Of a DNA stretch of 64,000 bases, positions 9,914 through 20,093 are shown in pieces (positions within the stretch are counted from its first letter, which is position 1; every line of letters starts with the position of its first letter). This DNA is from Spirochaetia bacterium (GTDB taxonomy: Bacteria > Spirochaetota > Spirochaetia > UBA9216), in NCBI GenBank assembly GCA_963675665.1, contig OY776510.1, positions 4,704,001 to 4,768,000 on the forward strand, written 5' to 3'. Under the pieces are notes generated by a model that saw only the letters and a list, made by a program, of their open reading frames with translations, was not told the DNA's origin and did no database searches. The translations under genes were made by a program, and so were the position numbers.

Positions 9914-10718
9914 AAAACCAATAATTCTTCTGACAAATGACGACGGTATCAGATCGCCCGGACTCATAGCCGCAGCCGGGCAACTTGCCGACCTGGGTGA
10001 AACCTGGGTTGTCGCCCCGCATATCCAGCAGACATCAGCAGGCAGAAGCTTTCCGCCCCAATCAACAGGCACTATAAAAATAACAGACAATTTCCCTGTC
10101 GGAATAAAAGCATATTCGGTTGAAGCATCTCCTGCCCAGTGCGTCAACTATGCTATTCTGCATATAATGCCGAAAAAACCGGATCTCATCGTATCGGGAA
10201 TTAATTCGGGAGTTAACGTAGGCATAGACATCACACGTTCGGGAACAATAGGAGCTGCTCTTGAAGCCGCCTGTGCGGGCTTCAGGGCAATTGCAGTATC
10301 CCTTGAAATACATCAGGATGAAGTTTTTGCCGAAGAGCCGGCGGCGGATTTCAGTACTGCCGCGTATTTTACCCGGTTTTTTTCCGAGGCAGTTCTTACA
10401 AAAAATCTTGAGAGCGATACAGCCGTGCTAAAAATTGATGTTCCTTCTTCTGCCGTACAATCAACGCCATGGGAAGTATGCAGGCTGTCGCCGGGAGCCT
10501 ACTACAAAGTTTGCGCGCCGCTTGAAAGCGGCGGCACGGGCCCCGGGCAGCTTGAATGGGTAATAGAAGAGGATGATTCAACCTTTATCAAAGGCACTGA
10601 TGCACATACTGTATTTGTCAAAAAGAAAGTAGCGGTCACCCCTTTAAGCCTTGATCTCACTTCGAGGGTCTCTTTAAGCAGCCTTGAAAAAAGCCTGAAA
10701 ACCGGTATTCCGCAATAA
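9906..10718 (+). CDS. surE: 5'/3'-nucleotidase SurE
   Basis: ILLTNDDG, SGINSGVNVG, SGTIGAA, VTPL motifs. Confidence 0.93.
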   Translation: MNKKPIILLTNDDGIRSPGLIAAAGQLADLGETWVVAPHIQQTSAGRSFPPQSTGTIKITDNFPVGIKAYSVEASPAQCVNYAILHIMPKKPDLIVSGINSGVNVGIDITRSGTIGAALEAACAGFRAIAVSLEIHQDEVFAEEPAADFSTAAYFTRFFSEAVLTKNLESDTAVLKIDVPSSAVQSTPWEVCRLSPGAYYKVCAPLESGGTGPGQLEWVIEEDDSTFIKGTDAHTVFVKKKVAVTPLSLDLTSRVSLSSLEKSLKTGIPQ

Positions 10719-10767
10719 TCTTACAGGTTTCTGAATTCTCATTAAAAAAAACAGTTATAGGAATAAT

Positions 10768-11448
10768 ATGAAGACAGAAAAATATTATTCAAATATTTCG
10801 GCGCTTCCCAAAGCCGAGCGGCCTCGTGAACTTCTTTTCGAACACGGACCGGAATACCTCAGCGATGAGCAGCTGATTGCCATTCTTATCGGTTCCGGCA
10901 CCCGCGGCAACGATGTAATGAAACTGTCCCGGCAGGTACTTGAACTTTACCGGCAAAATCCTGTAGAGCTGGTCGATCCGGCCATGTTCTGCGATATCGA
11001 CGGAATGGGAACCGCAAAAGCGGCGCAGCTGGCCGCTGCGCTGGAATTTGCCCGCCGAAGAATAAACCCGGCGGCAAAACGAATTAATTCTCCATCGGAT
11101 GTGGTTCCGCTGCTGTTTCATTATGCCGCCTGCCGAAAGGAACATTTTCTGAGTATTTCTCTTAACGGTGCGCACGAGGTTTTAGCGGTAAGAGTGGTCT
11201 CTATCGGCACCCTCAATCGTACAATTGTTCATCCCCGTGAGGTTTATGCCGATCTGATCGGCGATCATGCCGGAGGACTTATCTGTGCGCACAACCACCC
11301 GTCAGGCAATACTGAACCAAGCCGTGAAGACATCGAACTGACCGAACGTCTTCGCAGCGCGGGCGACATTATCGGGATAAATCTGCTTGATCACGTGATA
11401 ATATCCGAAACAGGCTATTTCAGCTTTCTGGAAAACGGATTGCTGTGA
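10768..11448 (+). CDS. radC: RadC/JAB-domain protein
   Basis: ERPRE, HPREV, HNHPSG..EPS.ED, LLDHVII. Confidence 0.93.
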   Translation: MKTEKYYSNISALPKAERPRELLFEHGPEYLSDEQLIAILIGSGTRGNDVMKLSRQVLELYRQNPVELVDPAMFCDIDGMGTAKAAQLAAALEFARRRINPAAKRINSPSDVVPLLFHYAACRKEHFLSISLNGAHEVLAVRVVSIGTLNRTIVHPREVYADLIGDHAGGLICAHNHPSGNTEPSREDIELTERLRSAGDIIGINLLDHVIISETGYFSFLENGLL

Positions 11449-11474
11449 TCTGTATAGCCGTTAATAAAAATAGT

Positions 11475-12476
11475 TCACTTAACACTGATTCTTTTCCAGA
11501 AATCCTGCGAATAAACAACTATATCATCACTTGTATCTAAGGGTGTATTATTATCATAAACCTGAATAAGGTTATTAATATCCATATTAATTTCAAGATT
11601 ACCGGCGCTTTCAATATAAACAGGCTCCATGGAAGAAATTACAATCGCATAGTTTGTGTATGAAGAAAAAAGCGGGTATTCTGTCTTAATATAATCAGGA
11701 TCTGAAGACAAAATAATTCCGTCGGCATCTATGAGATCATTAAAAACTATTACATCCGGCAGAAACGGTCTGTCTATTGTCAAGAACGAAGAGAAATCAT
11801 TTTCAGCAGCAGGAACAATTGCAGGGAATAGACAACTTGCGGGAACGGAAAAAACCGAACCTCCCAGATAAGTTAAAGGCACAATGAAATTAAATTCATT
11901 TCCGAGAGTGTTCTCCGGATGAAGTGAATTGACATCAATGTTGTTTTTTTCAACATAGTACTGCTGAATAGTCTTCGGCATATTACTGTCCGTGTATCCC
12001 GGAAGTTTAAAAACCACCCGGGACTCGCCGTAATATTGGCTGCTTTTATCCAGAGCCGGATTCGGAGCAAGATTAAAAAATAACTCAAGCTGGTTATAAG
12101 TTCCTTCAGGAACAAGCAAAGATTCCTTAACCGCTCCGGCTGAAAAATCCACTACATTATTCCAGCCCTCATCTTCTCCACTGAAACTGCCGAAAAAGGG
12201 ATACACATCCTCAGCATTCGAAACAGCCGCCTGAAAAATTGTAACCTTGAATTCCGAGGGTGTCACGCCGTCACCGCCTTCAAAGATTACAGGAGAGCCA
12301 ATCCTGGTATAAGTTTCATCCAGATATGAAGAACAGTCATCAATAGTCTCCAGACTTTTTGCACCGGTATTACCTGAAAATACCACATCAGTTCTGATAT
12401 GAAACAGTTGCGATAAAAAGCTGCAGCCGGAAATGAGAACAGCGCCAAGCAGAACAAATATAATTGCTTTTTTCAT
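11475..12476 (-). CDS. Hypothetical lipoprotein
   Basis: Signal peptide with lipobox ISGC; acidic, beta-rich sequence. Confidence 0.75.
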   Translation of the reverse strand: MKKAIIFVLLGAVLISGCSFLSQLFHIRTDVVFSGNTGAKSLETIDDCSSYLDETYTRIGSPVIFEGGDGVTPSEFKVTIFQAAVSNAEDVYPFFGSFSGEDEGWNNVVDFSAGAVKESLLVPEGTYNQLELFFNLAPNPALDKSSQYYGESRVVFKLPGYTDSNMPKTIQQYYVEKNNIDVNSLHPENTLGNEFNFIVPLTYLGGSVFSVPASCLFPAIVPAAENDFSSFLTIDRPFLPDVIVFNDLIDADGIILSSDPDYIKTEYPLFSSYTNYAIVISSMEPVYIESAGNLEINMDINNLIQVYDNNTPLDTSDDIVVYSQDFWKRISVK

Positions 12477-12575
12477 TACGAAGAACCCCTATCAGTTTAT
12501 TATCCCGGATTATAGACAGAACCGGAGGATTATCTATAACACCTGTTTTTCAGTAAGCTATATTTTTAAACCTTG

Positions 12576-13328
12576 TTACCCTTTCTTATTCCTCAACAGG
12601 ATAATCGTCGGGACAAAGAAAAACAACCCCATCACTGCAATTACAATTACGGCTTCAAAATCTATGGCAGCATCAATTACCAACGGATTGAGAACCAGAA
12701 AAACTATCAATCCGATAAAAAGCAGACTTGCCTGTAGATAGCACGGCAGGACATTTGACTCTCCAAAGGCTTTTTTTCTTATTAAACCGACGCCCACAAC
12801 CCACCAGATAATGGAAATAATTATATCGGAAATACTGACCAGCATGTCCGTAATTGTTGACATTCCGACTGCATACTGATAAATAACATTCGCTCCCCGC
12901 ACAAGAAATCCCAGTCCGAAAAGGAGGAGTAAAATGCTGAATAATACCCTGCCCCTGATTTTTAATTCGGAGAAACTTTCAGCATCACGGCTGTCGATAT
13001 TTTTTAGAATAAATACGGCGAATGCGCCTGCAAAACAGATAATTGACAATATCCGCGCAACAGGGTTGGATACGATCACAAATACGGGCAAACAGCTGTA
13101 GATAATAAACAGAAGCATGGCCCTTTGCAGTTTCTCAAGCGTAGTTTTTTTTCTCAATATGAATCTTGAAAACAGATAAAGACCTGCTATGAAGCCGTTG
13201 ATTACATTCGTCAGAAACAAACTTGTCCATGCTTCATAATTTACATAGGCTCCGGCAGGCAAAACAGCTGCAAAAATTGAGAGTATCAGGAAAAGTAACT
13301 GAACAACCGGTTCCGCAATCTTGGTCAC
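12576..13328 (-). CDS. Hypothetical integral membrane protein (about 8 TM)
   Basis: Repeated hydrophobic segments over 250 aa. Confidence 0.7.
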   Translation of the reverse strand: MTKIAEPVVQLLFLILSIFAAVLPAGAYVNYEAWTSLFLTNVINGFIAGLYLFSRFILRKKTTLEKLQRAMLLFIIYSCLPVFVIVSNPVARILSIICFAGAFAVFILKNIDSRDAESFSELKIRGRVLFSILLLLFGLGFLVRGANVIYQYAVGMSTITDMLVSISDIIISIIWWVVGVGLIRKKAFGESNVLPCYLQASLLFIGLIVFLVLNPLVIDAAIDFEAVIVIAVMGLFFFVPTIILLRNKKG

Positions 13329-13454
13329 AACATCAGATTATACCCTACGCCGGCTGTATCCACAAATGCTTTTTTCAGGAACAGTGAGTATATAACAGGC
13401 AAGCTCCCCCGACTCAGCTTTATTAAATAAAAACAATGGTATATCATTTCACAC

Positions 13455-14579
13455 ATGAACCATGAACAGGAATACACCGGCTACGAGACAGGACCGATAA
13501 GACCTCCGAGCGAGGCCAACAGCCTGCTGCTGCGAATTTCCAGAAACTGCCCATGGAACAAATGCACCTTCTGCGGACTTTACAAAGGCGAACGCTTCAG
13601 TGCGCGGCCGGTTGAGCATATAAAATGCGATATTGACCAACTCAAAGCCTGGACAGACTATTTCAGGGCTAAAGAAGCCGGAGGATATCCCGAACAGCCT
13701 GAAAATGAGGGCTCCATGGTTGTCTATACGGCTGAAAACTGGGTGAGAAGCCGCATGCGCTCAATCTTTCTGCAGGATGCAAACAGTCTTGTTATCAAAC
13801 CGGAGCAGATGATAGAGATACTGAAATATCTGCGGAAGAGCTTTCCGGAAACTGAAAGAATCACCTCTTACGCGCGTTCGCAGACGGTTTCACGTATCAG
13901 CGACGAACACCTTGCCGAAATTGCCGCTGCAGGGCTGAACAGAATCCATATCGGTCTTGAATCGGGCTGCGACGAGGTCCTTCAGCTGGTAAGAAAGGGA
14001 GCGGATAAACAAACCCACATAGAGGCCGGATGCAAGATAAAGAAAGCGGGCATGGAGCTGTCCGAATACTATATTCCCGGGCTCGGAGGGAAAAAACTAT
14101 CGGAGCGAAACGCACTTGAAACGGCCGACGCGTTGAACCGGATTAACCCCGACTTTATCAGAATACGTACGCTTGCTGTTTCAGACAGTATCCCGCTGGC
14201 TGACGATTATGCAAACGGGACATTCACCCGTACAAACGATATTGATATGGTGAAAGAGCTGCTTCTGATGATAAAAAACCTGGATGGAATTACAAGTTAT
14301 ATAAAAAGCGATCATATAGTAAACCTGCTTCCCGAAGTCAGGGGCAAACTTCCGCAGGATAAGGATCAGATGATATCAGTAATCGAAAAATTTTTGGGTT
14401 TATCAGAAGAAGACCAGATGATTTTCAGGGCCGGGCGCCGTACCGGAACCCTGACCCTGCTGAAAGGCCTTGAAAACAGTGAAAAGAAAGAAGCTGTAAA
14501 AATAATGATGCGCGCCGGTAATATCAATAAAGACAATATTGATATTGTATGCGACAACCTCATAAAAAGATTTATTTAG
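13455..14579 (+). CDS. Radical SAM protein
   Basis: CPWNKCTFC (CxxxCxxC), IRPPSEA, GLESG. Confidence 0.9.
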   Translation: MNHEQEYTGYETGPIRPPSEANSLLLRISRNCPWNKCTFCGLYKGERFSARPVEHIKCDIDQLKAWTDYFRAKEAGGYPEQPENEGSMVVYTAENWVRSRMRSIFLQDANSLVIKPEQMIEILKYLRKSFPETERITSYARSQTVSRISDEHLAEIAAAGLNRIHIGLESGCDEVLQLVRKGADKQTHIEAGCKIKKAGMELSEYYIPGLGGKKLSERNALETADALNRINPDFIRIRTLAVSDSIPLADDYANGTFTRTNDIDMVKELLLMIKNLDGITSYIKSDHIVNLLPEVRGKLPQDKDQMISVIEKFLGLSEEDQMIFRAGRRTGTLTLLKGLENSEKKEAVKIMMRAGNINKDNIDIVCDNLIKRFI

Positions 14580-14956
14580 ACAACCTTTTTACCGTTTTCA
14601 TATACCTCTTCTATATTGACCACTGCCGCTCCGTGCCCCGGATGCCTGTCCTCACTCCAGGATTTCATAAACCTGTAATTTTCACCGCCGTATTCATAAT
14701 GGATATCACCTTTAACTAGGTAGAGTTTTCTGTCTTTTGTAACAAACACAAGAGAACCTTCGCTGTCAGGCAGCCTGTTTTTCATTGTACGATCAATAAA
14801 CTCATTGGCGATAACAATCCTGTCGTCGTGATACAGTTTGACATCAGTTGCATAGATATTATTCTGGTTGCCGTCATTACCTACAGTAGTAAAAACAATC
14901 GGGCCCTTCCTGTTTTCCCATGCTTTTTTTATTGAATCGGAAACTGTTGTCGGCAT
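14576..14956 (-). CDS. Pyridoxamine 5'-phosphate oxidase-family FMN-binding protein
   Basis: VFTTV..G..N, T..N, LVKG pattern; SD AGGAGG. Confidence 0.8.
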   Translation of the reverse strand: MPTTVSDSIKKAWENRKGPIVFTTVGNDGNQNNIYATDVKLYHDDRIVIANEFIDRTMKNRLPDSEGSLVFVTKDRKLYLVKGDIHYEYGGENYRFMKSWSEDRHPGHGAAVVNIEEVYENGKKVV

Positions 14957-15050
14957 AATATTCCTCCTGATGAATAAGATCCTGTTATAATCTTACTATT
15001 ACTAAAACGATAAGGCAACGAATATTAAATTATTTATATATATTTATCTT

Positions 15051-16406
15051 TTAATAGTCACACCATAAATTCAAGCCGAGTGAAACATGGTGTTGATAAT
15101 CTACATACGTTCCCGACGGCATGTACTGAAATCCGTAGCCGAGCGAAAGGCCGTAAAGCACGTTTCTGCCGAATATTCCGGAAGATGGGAAAAGAGGTAT
15201 AGCATCCGTTCTTATGCCGGCCTGGGGATGAAGCATGAACCCGTAACGGTGTTCAACCGATCCTCCCAGGTTCCAGTATTTTTCGTGTCTGAGACCGGCG
15301 CTGATTCCCGCAGAAAACTCCAGGGGAATATCTGCGAAACCGGGTCTGAACCCTATATCCAGACCTGCTGCAGGCTGAATAAGCCTTATCTGCCTCTCCG
15401 TATTGTAAAAATCATCAATAGCGTCGCCGTACATATATTCAATAAACGGCAGCAGCCTGACAGAAAAAAGCCGACCGGTTTTATCTGCGTTTAGTTCATA
15501 TGGAAAAAGCAGTTTCATCCGCTTTTCAAAGCAGAGCAGATCAAGGGTATAATCAAGAATAAAATCACAATGCTCATAATCATGCAGGTTTTGCCTGCCG
15601 GATGAAAAAAACAGGCTTATATAACCGTTTGCATATTCGGTTGCCGGGTAAACCGCGGCTTTATATGCCAGAATACCAGTCTGAACAGCCCAGCCCGCAT
15701 AAAATCCGCTCTCCTGTGTAATGGCAAGATCTATTGTTCCGCCGGGAAAATCAGCGAACGAATCCGACCGGCCTGCGAAGATCCTGAAAAAGTCGTCAGA
15801 ATCATTTTCAAGATTTACGCTTAAGACCGAATCCAGCATTAAGCCGGAAGGAGCGCAGTATTCCAGCTTCAAATCAAATTTCGGCTCAAGGCTGTGCTGA
15901 TTGTCCGATACAAGGACGAAACTGTATCCCGTGTCGGCGCCGACAAGAAACTCGCCGTTAAAAGCCTTTCCGTTCCGGCCCTCGTCATAGATTAAATCTA
16001 CATGTTTTAAGCAGAAAATGCTGTGGATGAGGTTCTGAACCGTCTGCCCGCCGACGTTTCCCGAAAGTATTCCTCCGAGATAAGGCGTAAACCGGAAGCG
16101 GCCGTATTTCGGGTTCCCGGGAAACTCAATGCCGGCTTTAAACATTATCTCGTCGGTTCTCAGATTATTTCCGCGATCGGTATAGCCGCTGAAAAACAGG
16201 TCAGCAAAACCTCCGTTGTCGAACTGCCGGTTCCCTCCGAATCCATAGCTGAGATAATCGTCCCGGCATAAAGCAAGCTCTCCGCCGAAAGCATCATTGC
16301 ACATTGTGACGGTAAATTCGTCAGTTTTTACCGGGTTACCGAAAATTGAAATCCCGTAGAGCAGAAGGAACATTGTTGGAAATACATATTTTTTAATAAA
16401 CATCAT
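15051..16406 (-). CDS. Putative outer-membrane beta-barrel protein with an LpxR/DUF2219-like N-terminal region
   Basis: Signal peptide; ND...DDYLS.G and GG..VQNLIH motifs; amphipathic strands; aromatic C-terminus. Confidence 0.5.
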   Translation of the reverse strand: MMFIKKYVFPTMFLLLYGISIFGNPVKTDEFTVTMCNDAFGGELALCRDDYLSYGFGGNRQFDNGGFADLFFSGYTDRGNNLRTDEIMFKAGIEFPGNPKYGRFRFTPYLGGILSGNVGGQTVQNLIHSIFCLKHVDLIYDEGRNGKAFNGEFLVGADTGYSFVLVSDNQHSLEPKFDLKLEYCAPSGLMLDSVLSVNLENDSDDFFRIFAGRSDSFADFPGGTIDLAITQESGFYAGWAVQTGILAYKAAVYPATEYANGYISLFFSSGRQNLHDYEHCDFILDYTLDLLCFEKRMKLLFPYELNADKTGRLFSVRLLPFIEYMYGDAIDDFYNTERQIRLIQPAAGLDIGFRPGFADIPLEFSAGISAGLRHEKYWNLGGSVEHRYGFMLHPQAGIRTDAIPLFPSSGIFGRNVLYGLSLGYGFQYMPSGTYVDYQHHVSLGLNLWCDY

Positions 16407-16481
16407 GCAATATTTATAGCGGATCAGCATATCTCTTTCAATCAAAACTTCAACACATAGTATTTTTTATATATATAAGTC

Positions 16482-16510
16482 TTGACTTAATTGCGCAAAG
16501 CAACTATATT
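16482..16510 (+). promoter_or_regulatory. Sigma70-type promoter of the glutaredoxin gene
   Basis: TTGACT-N17-TATATT. Confidence 0.7.
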
Positions 16511-16571
16511 TTTATTGATAAAAATCACCCTTCGTGGTGGAAGTTTTTACAGTTTTTACAGGAGGAATTAT

Positions 16572-16802
16572 ATGTCAGTTATAATGTATTCAACACCTAC
16601 ATGCACCTACTGCCGGCTTGCAAAAGATTACTTCAGGCAAAACAAAATTCCCTTTACCGAGTATAATGTCGCCTCAGATACAAGACGTGCAGAAGAAATG
16701 ACGCGCAAATCCGGGCAGATGGGAGTTCCTGTTCTTGATATTAACGGAAGGATTCTGGTCGGGTTCAATAAAGACCAGATTGAACGGGCTATTCACAGAT
16801 AA
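16572..16802 (+). CDS. Glutaredoxin-like protein (NrdH/YruB type)
   Basis: CTYC active site, SGQMGVPV, GF; SD AGGAGG before ATG 16572. Confidence 0.9.
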   Translation: MSVIMYSTPTCTYCRLAKDYFRQNKIPFTEYNVASDTRRAEEMTRKSGQMGVPVLDINGRILVGFNKDQIERAIHR

Positions 16803-17214
16803 AGATTTTATCATACCGCCCCGAACTTGAAGGCGGTATGCTGTTCGGTAAAAGCTGTTCCGAGTAAGCATGAAGCAAATCCAGCATATCGGCCTTTGAT
16901 TCAACAATAGTATAACTGTAGTAGCATTTGTTTTCCAAAAGAATCCGGCGCCTGGCGCGGTCGCTTACTTCAGCAGGATCGGAAGCCCTTCTTATTTCAG
17001 ATCTTAATCCGCCGTACCAGACACGCTCCATATAAAAAAGATGAATTTTACCGGATTTATCTTTATAATGAAGCCTGAAAATTCCTGAACGCGCCGGTAC
17101 TGAAACAGTTATTCTGTACCGGTTAACAGGCTCGCATTTTGACCAGTTTGTACTGAAAAAAGCACATCCGTCCTTAACCTTCTTAAAAGTAACATTATCG
17201 GTACGGTAATTCAT
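16789..17214 (-). CDS. Hypothetical protein, weakly GIY-YIG-like
   Basis: VPARSGIFRL...LFY....GGLRSEIR pattern; start overlaps the moaE stop. Confidence 0.6.
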   Translation of the reverse strand: MNYRTDNVTFKKVKDGCAFFSTNWSKCEPVNRYRITVSVPARSGIFRLHYKDKSGKIHLFYMERVWYGGLRSEIRRASDPAEVSDRARRRILLENKCYYSYTIVESKADMLDLLHAYSEQLLPNSIPPSSSGRYDKIFICE

Positions 17215-17576
17215 CAGTCAAGAAGCGTTTCATCTTTGGTAGTGCATTCAGTCTTGATTGCTTCGAGCGTATCCGACAGCACCTTTTTTACATTCGGTCT
17301 TATATCGCCGGCTACTGCAAGCACCATCACATCATCGCCTGGAAAGAGGACTTTTCCGTCATAGATTTCAACGATCACGTCTATAATACCGTTCTGCTTC
17401 TTTTGCTTTTCGATTAATTTCTCAAGAGCGGCATAATCAACATGCACCTTAAGGCTCTTTACAGGCTCGCCGGCCCTGGAAGTTTCACGCACAATCCCGT
17501 TATGATAAAGAACCATCCCGCATTTTTTATAGTCGGGATTGGATTTGATTTTTCCTATTACATCTTCAAGCGCCAT
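17214..17576 (-). CDS. moaE: Molybdopterin synthase catalytic subunit MoaE-like protein
   Basis: GMVLYHNGIVR, VAGDIR, K.E motifs; SD GGAGG before ATG 17576. Confidence 0.8.
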   Translation of the reverse strand: MALEDVIGKIKSNPDYKKCGMVLYHNGIVRETSRAGEPVKSLKVHVDYAALEKLIEKQKKQNGIIDVIVEIYDGKVLFPGDDVMVLAVAGDIRPNVKKVLSDTLEAIKTECTTKDETLLD

Positions 17577-17589
17577 GCTATCCCTCCGT

Positions 17590-18816
17590 TTACTCTGAGA
17601 CAAGATAAAGATAACTGAGAAAATCAAGCTGCTTGTTATAAAACAAGTCGGGATTTTCCCTGTTTATATAAATATCAACAATTATACCCAGAAGCTCACG
17701 TGTGGTATACAGCTCTTCCTGTTCAACTCCGGCTATAAGCGCATAAAATTCCAGCAGTTCGGTGTCGGAATCCGCCAGAACAGTTATCGCGGGCTGAATC
17801 ATAGTCTGATAGCAATCATCATTCGTAAAGAAAGACAATTCCGGAAGCGACCGGAACTCAAGAAGCTCCGCTGCCGTTCTCCGCTGACCGGGCTGCAGGG
17901 ATAAAAACATGTTTTCAATAAAATCACTCTCGTCGCTCAGATAAAAAAATCTGCCGGAAACCCTGTTAAAAGAACGGAGGCAATCCAGATATCCCAGCTT
18001 TATCAGCCTGGCTGCATTCTCTGAACTGAAGTCAAGAACGGAACCGGAAGAAAATCCCGGGCGGATAAAACGGACATCGAAATCAAAATCCGAATAGTCC
18101 GACAGGTATTCAATTGCGTCTTTTGGCATATACATGTCCAGCGAAACAACAACAGCCTCAGAGAATTTAGCGGGGTCAACCATCTCAACTGCAATATTCT
18201 TGTAAATTCCGCCGTCGATATATTCCTGCCCGTCTATAACCTGTCTCCGGAATGCCGGGAAATTCGCACTGGCCAGTATATACTCGACAAGCCTGCCCGG
18301 GGGGATATCCTCCAGGTACAGAATCCTTTCCGACAACCTAGACAGTGAATAAGTCATCAGGCCGTAGTCAACGGAACTTTGCCTGACTTTTACCTCGTTT
18401 ATCTCGGAATAAAGAAGGTCTTCAAGCGGCGAAACGTTGATGCCGCCATGTTTCAACCACTCTTCAGTCGCTTCAGCCAGATCAGTTAAAGAAAAAGAAC
18501 CTGATAACACCCTGCTTCCCGCACTGCTCAGCTGCATGACATCGTCTTTATCAAGATTAAGCCACAGCTGTTCAGCTCGCTGATAATCATTCTGCAAAAT
18601 CATGGCTCCGTTTATGGCCCCGACCGAAACTCCGTAGACACCGCCTATTTCAACTTCCATTTCCCGGAGTGCTTTCCACACTCCGATATGATACGCTCCA
18701 CGGGCTCCGCCCCCGCCGAGCACCAGCGCAACCGGATCGGCCGCGATGCTGCCTGTCTGTAACATAATAAAAAATACCAAAGCAGATAAAACTGTTTTTA
18801 AAATACATCTTGTCAT
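17590..18816 (-). CDS. Patatin-like phospholipase with signal peptide
   Basis: GGGARG, GVSVG (GxSxG), DGG. Confidence 0.9.
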   Translation of the reverse strand: MTRCILKTVLSALVFFIMLQTGSIAADPVALVLGGGGARGAYHIGVWKALREMEVEIGGVYGVSVGAINGAMILQNDYQRAEQLWLNLDKDDVMQLSSAGSRVLSGSFSLTDLAEATEEWLKHGGINVSPLEDLLYSEINEVKVRQSSVDYGLMTYSLSRLSERILYLEDIPPGRLVEYILASANFPAFRRQVIDGQEYIDGGIYKNIAVEMVDPAKFSEAVVVSLDMYMPKDAIEYLSDYSDFDFDVRFIRPGFSSGSVLDFSSENAARLIKLGYLDCLRSFNRVSGRFFYLSDESDFIENMFLSLQPGQRRTAAELLEFRSLPELSFFTNDDCYQTMIQPAITVLADSDTELLEFYALIAGVEQEELYTTRELLGIIVDIYINRENPDLFYNKQLDFLSYLYLVSE

Positions 18817-18853
18817 CAATTGAACCTAACCCAAAAACGGTTTATTATCAATT

Positions 18854-20086
18854 ATGTGCCCAAAAACCGATTTGCTTTATTATAAAAATCCGGATATTAC
18901 TGAGTTTTCTGCCGCAGTTCTTTCAATTGATTATGCTGAAAACAGACTCAGATTAATTCTTGACCGGACCGCATTCTATCCCGAAGGCGGCGGGCAGCCG
19001 GCTGATCGCGGAACCATAAACGGATTAATTGTGGCCGACGTCCGGAAAAACGACGGTACAGTACATCATTTTATCGAAATCCCCGATGAGAACAGCGCCG
19101 TTCCTGAACCGGGAGATAAAGTGAATTGCACAATCGATATTCCATACCGAAAAGATTATATGCAGCAGCATTCAGGGCAGCATGTAATTTCGGCGGCAAT
19201 GATGAAATCATGCGGGGTTGAAACAGTTTCGGTTCGCCAGGGATCCGATTTCACTGCGATAGAAACCGCTTCCGCCGAGCTTGATTTGGATACCATGCTC
19301 CGGATTGAGGACACGGCGAACAGCTTCATCAGGCTGAACGCCCCGATAAACGCGCTTGTAACGGACAAGGACGGCCTCAAGCAATACAAACTGCGGAGAC
19401 CGACGAAACACACATCAAATATAAGGATAATAGAGATTCCCGGCATCGACTGTGTTGCCTGCGGGGGGATGCACCTCAGAACCACCGGTGAGATTGGACT
19501 TGTTAAATACATCTGGCAGGAGAAGATCAGAAACCGGATACGTACATACTGGAAAATTGGCGGCCGCGCCTATCGTGACTACGCCGAAAAAACTGAAATA
19601 ATCAATTCCCTGAATGAGTTTTATTCGGCAAGGCAGTTTGAACTTGCGGAAAAAGCCGCAGGCGTTGCCGAACAGTTAACCGAAGCTCGGTACAGATACA
19701 ACAAGCTGGAAGAGGAATACGCGGCGTTTTACGCTTCCGGCCTGATATCCGAACCCGGTGGCGCCGTAATAAAAATATTTAAAAACCGGCCGAACAGTTT
19801 CATAACAAACCTGCTTAAATCGCTTTCGGAAAACCTGACAGCCGTACCCGCCTTCATATTCAACCGAACCGGCGATGCTCTCACATGGGCGGCAACCTGT
19901 CCCGAAGGGTTACCTTTTGATTTTAATGAATTCAGAAAGGAGCTTCTTCCGATAATCGACGGGAAAGGAGGAGGAAAGCCTCCGCTCTGGCAGGGAATCG
20001 CAAAAAATCCGGACGGGATTGAAGAGTTGATCGGTTTGCTTCAAAAAAAATATTCAGTAACAGTTGAAAGAAATCCGGTTGACTGA
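18854..20086 (+). CDS. AlaX-like alanyl-tRNA editing protein with DHHA1 domain
   Basis: FYPEGGGQP.D, QQHSGQH, CGGMH, GKGGG. Confidence 0.88.
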   Translation: MCPKTDLLYYKNPDITEFSAAVLSIDYAENRLRLILDRTAFYPEGGGQPADRGTINGLIVADVRKNDGTVHHFIEIPDENSAVPEPGDKVNCTIDIPYRKDYMQQHSGQHVISAAMMKSCGVETVSVRQGSDFTAIETASAELDLDTMLRIEDTANSFIRLNAPINALVTDKDGLKQYKLRRPTKHTSNIRIIEIPGIDCVACGGMHLRTTGEIGLVKYIWQEKIRNRIRTYWKIGGRAYRDYAEKTEIINSLNEFYSARQFELAEKAAGVAEQLTEARYRYNKLEEEYAAFYASGLISEPGGAVIKIFKNRPNSFITNLLKSLSENLTAVPAFIFNRTGDALTWAATCPEGLPFDFNEFRKELLPIIDGKGGGKPPLWQGIAKNPDGIEELIGLLQKKYSVTVERNPVD

Positions 20087-20093
20087 GCAACTG

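Noticed and set aside
10768-11448. radC as a marker of a mobile element
   Set aside because: Full-length chromosomal type with N-terminal HhH region; no integrase, transposase or att-like repeats nearby.
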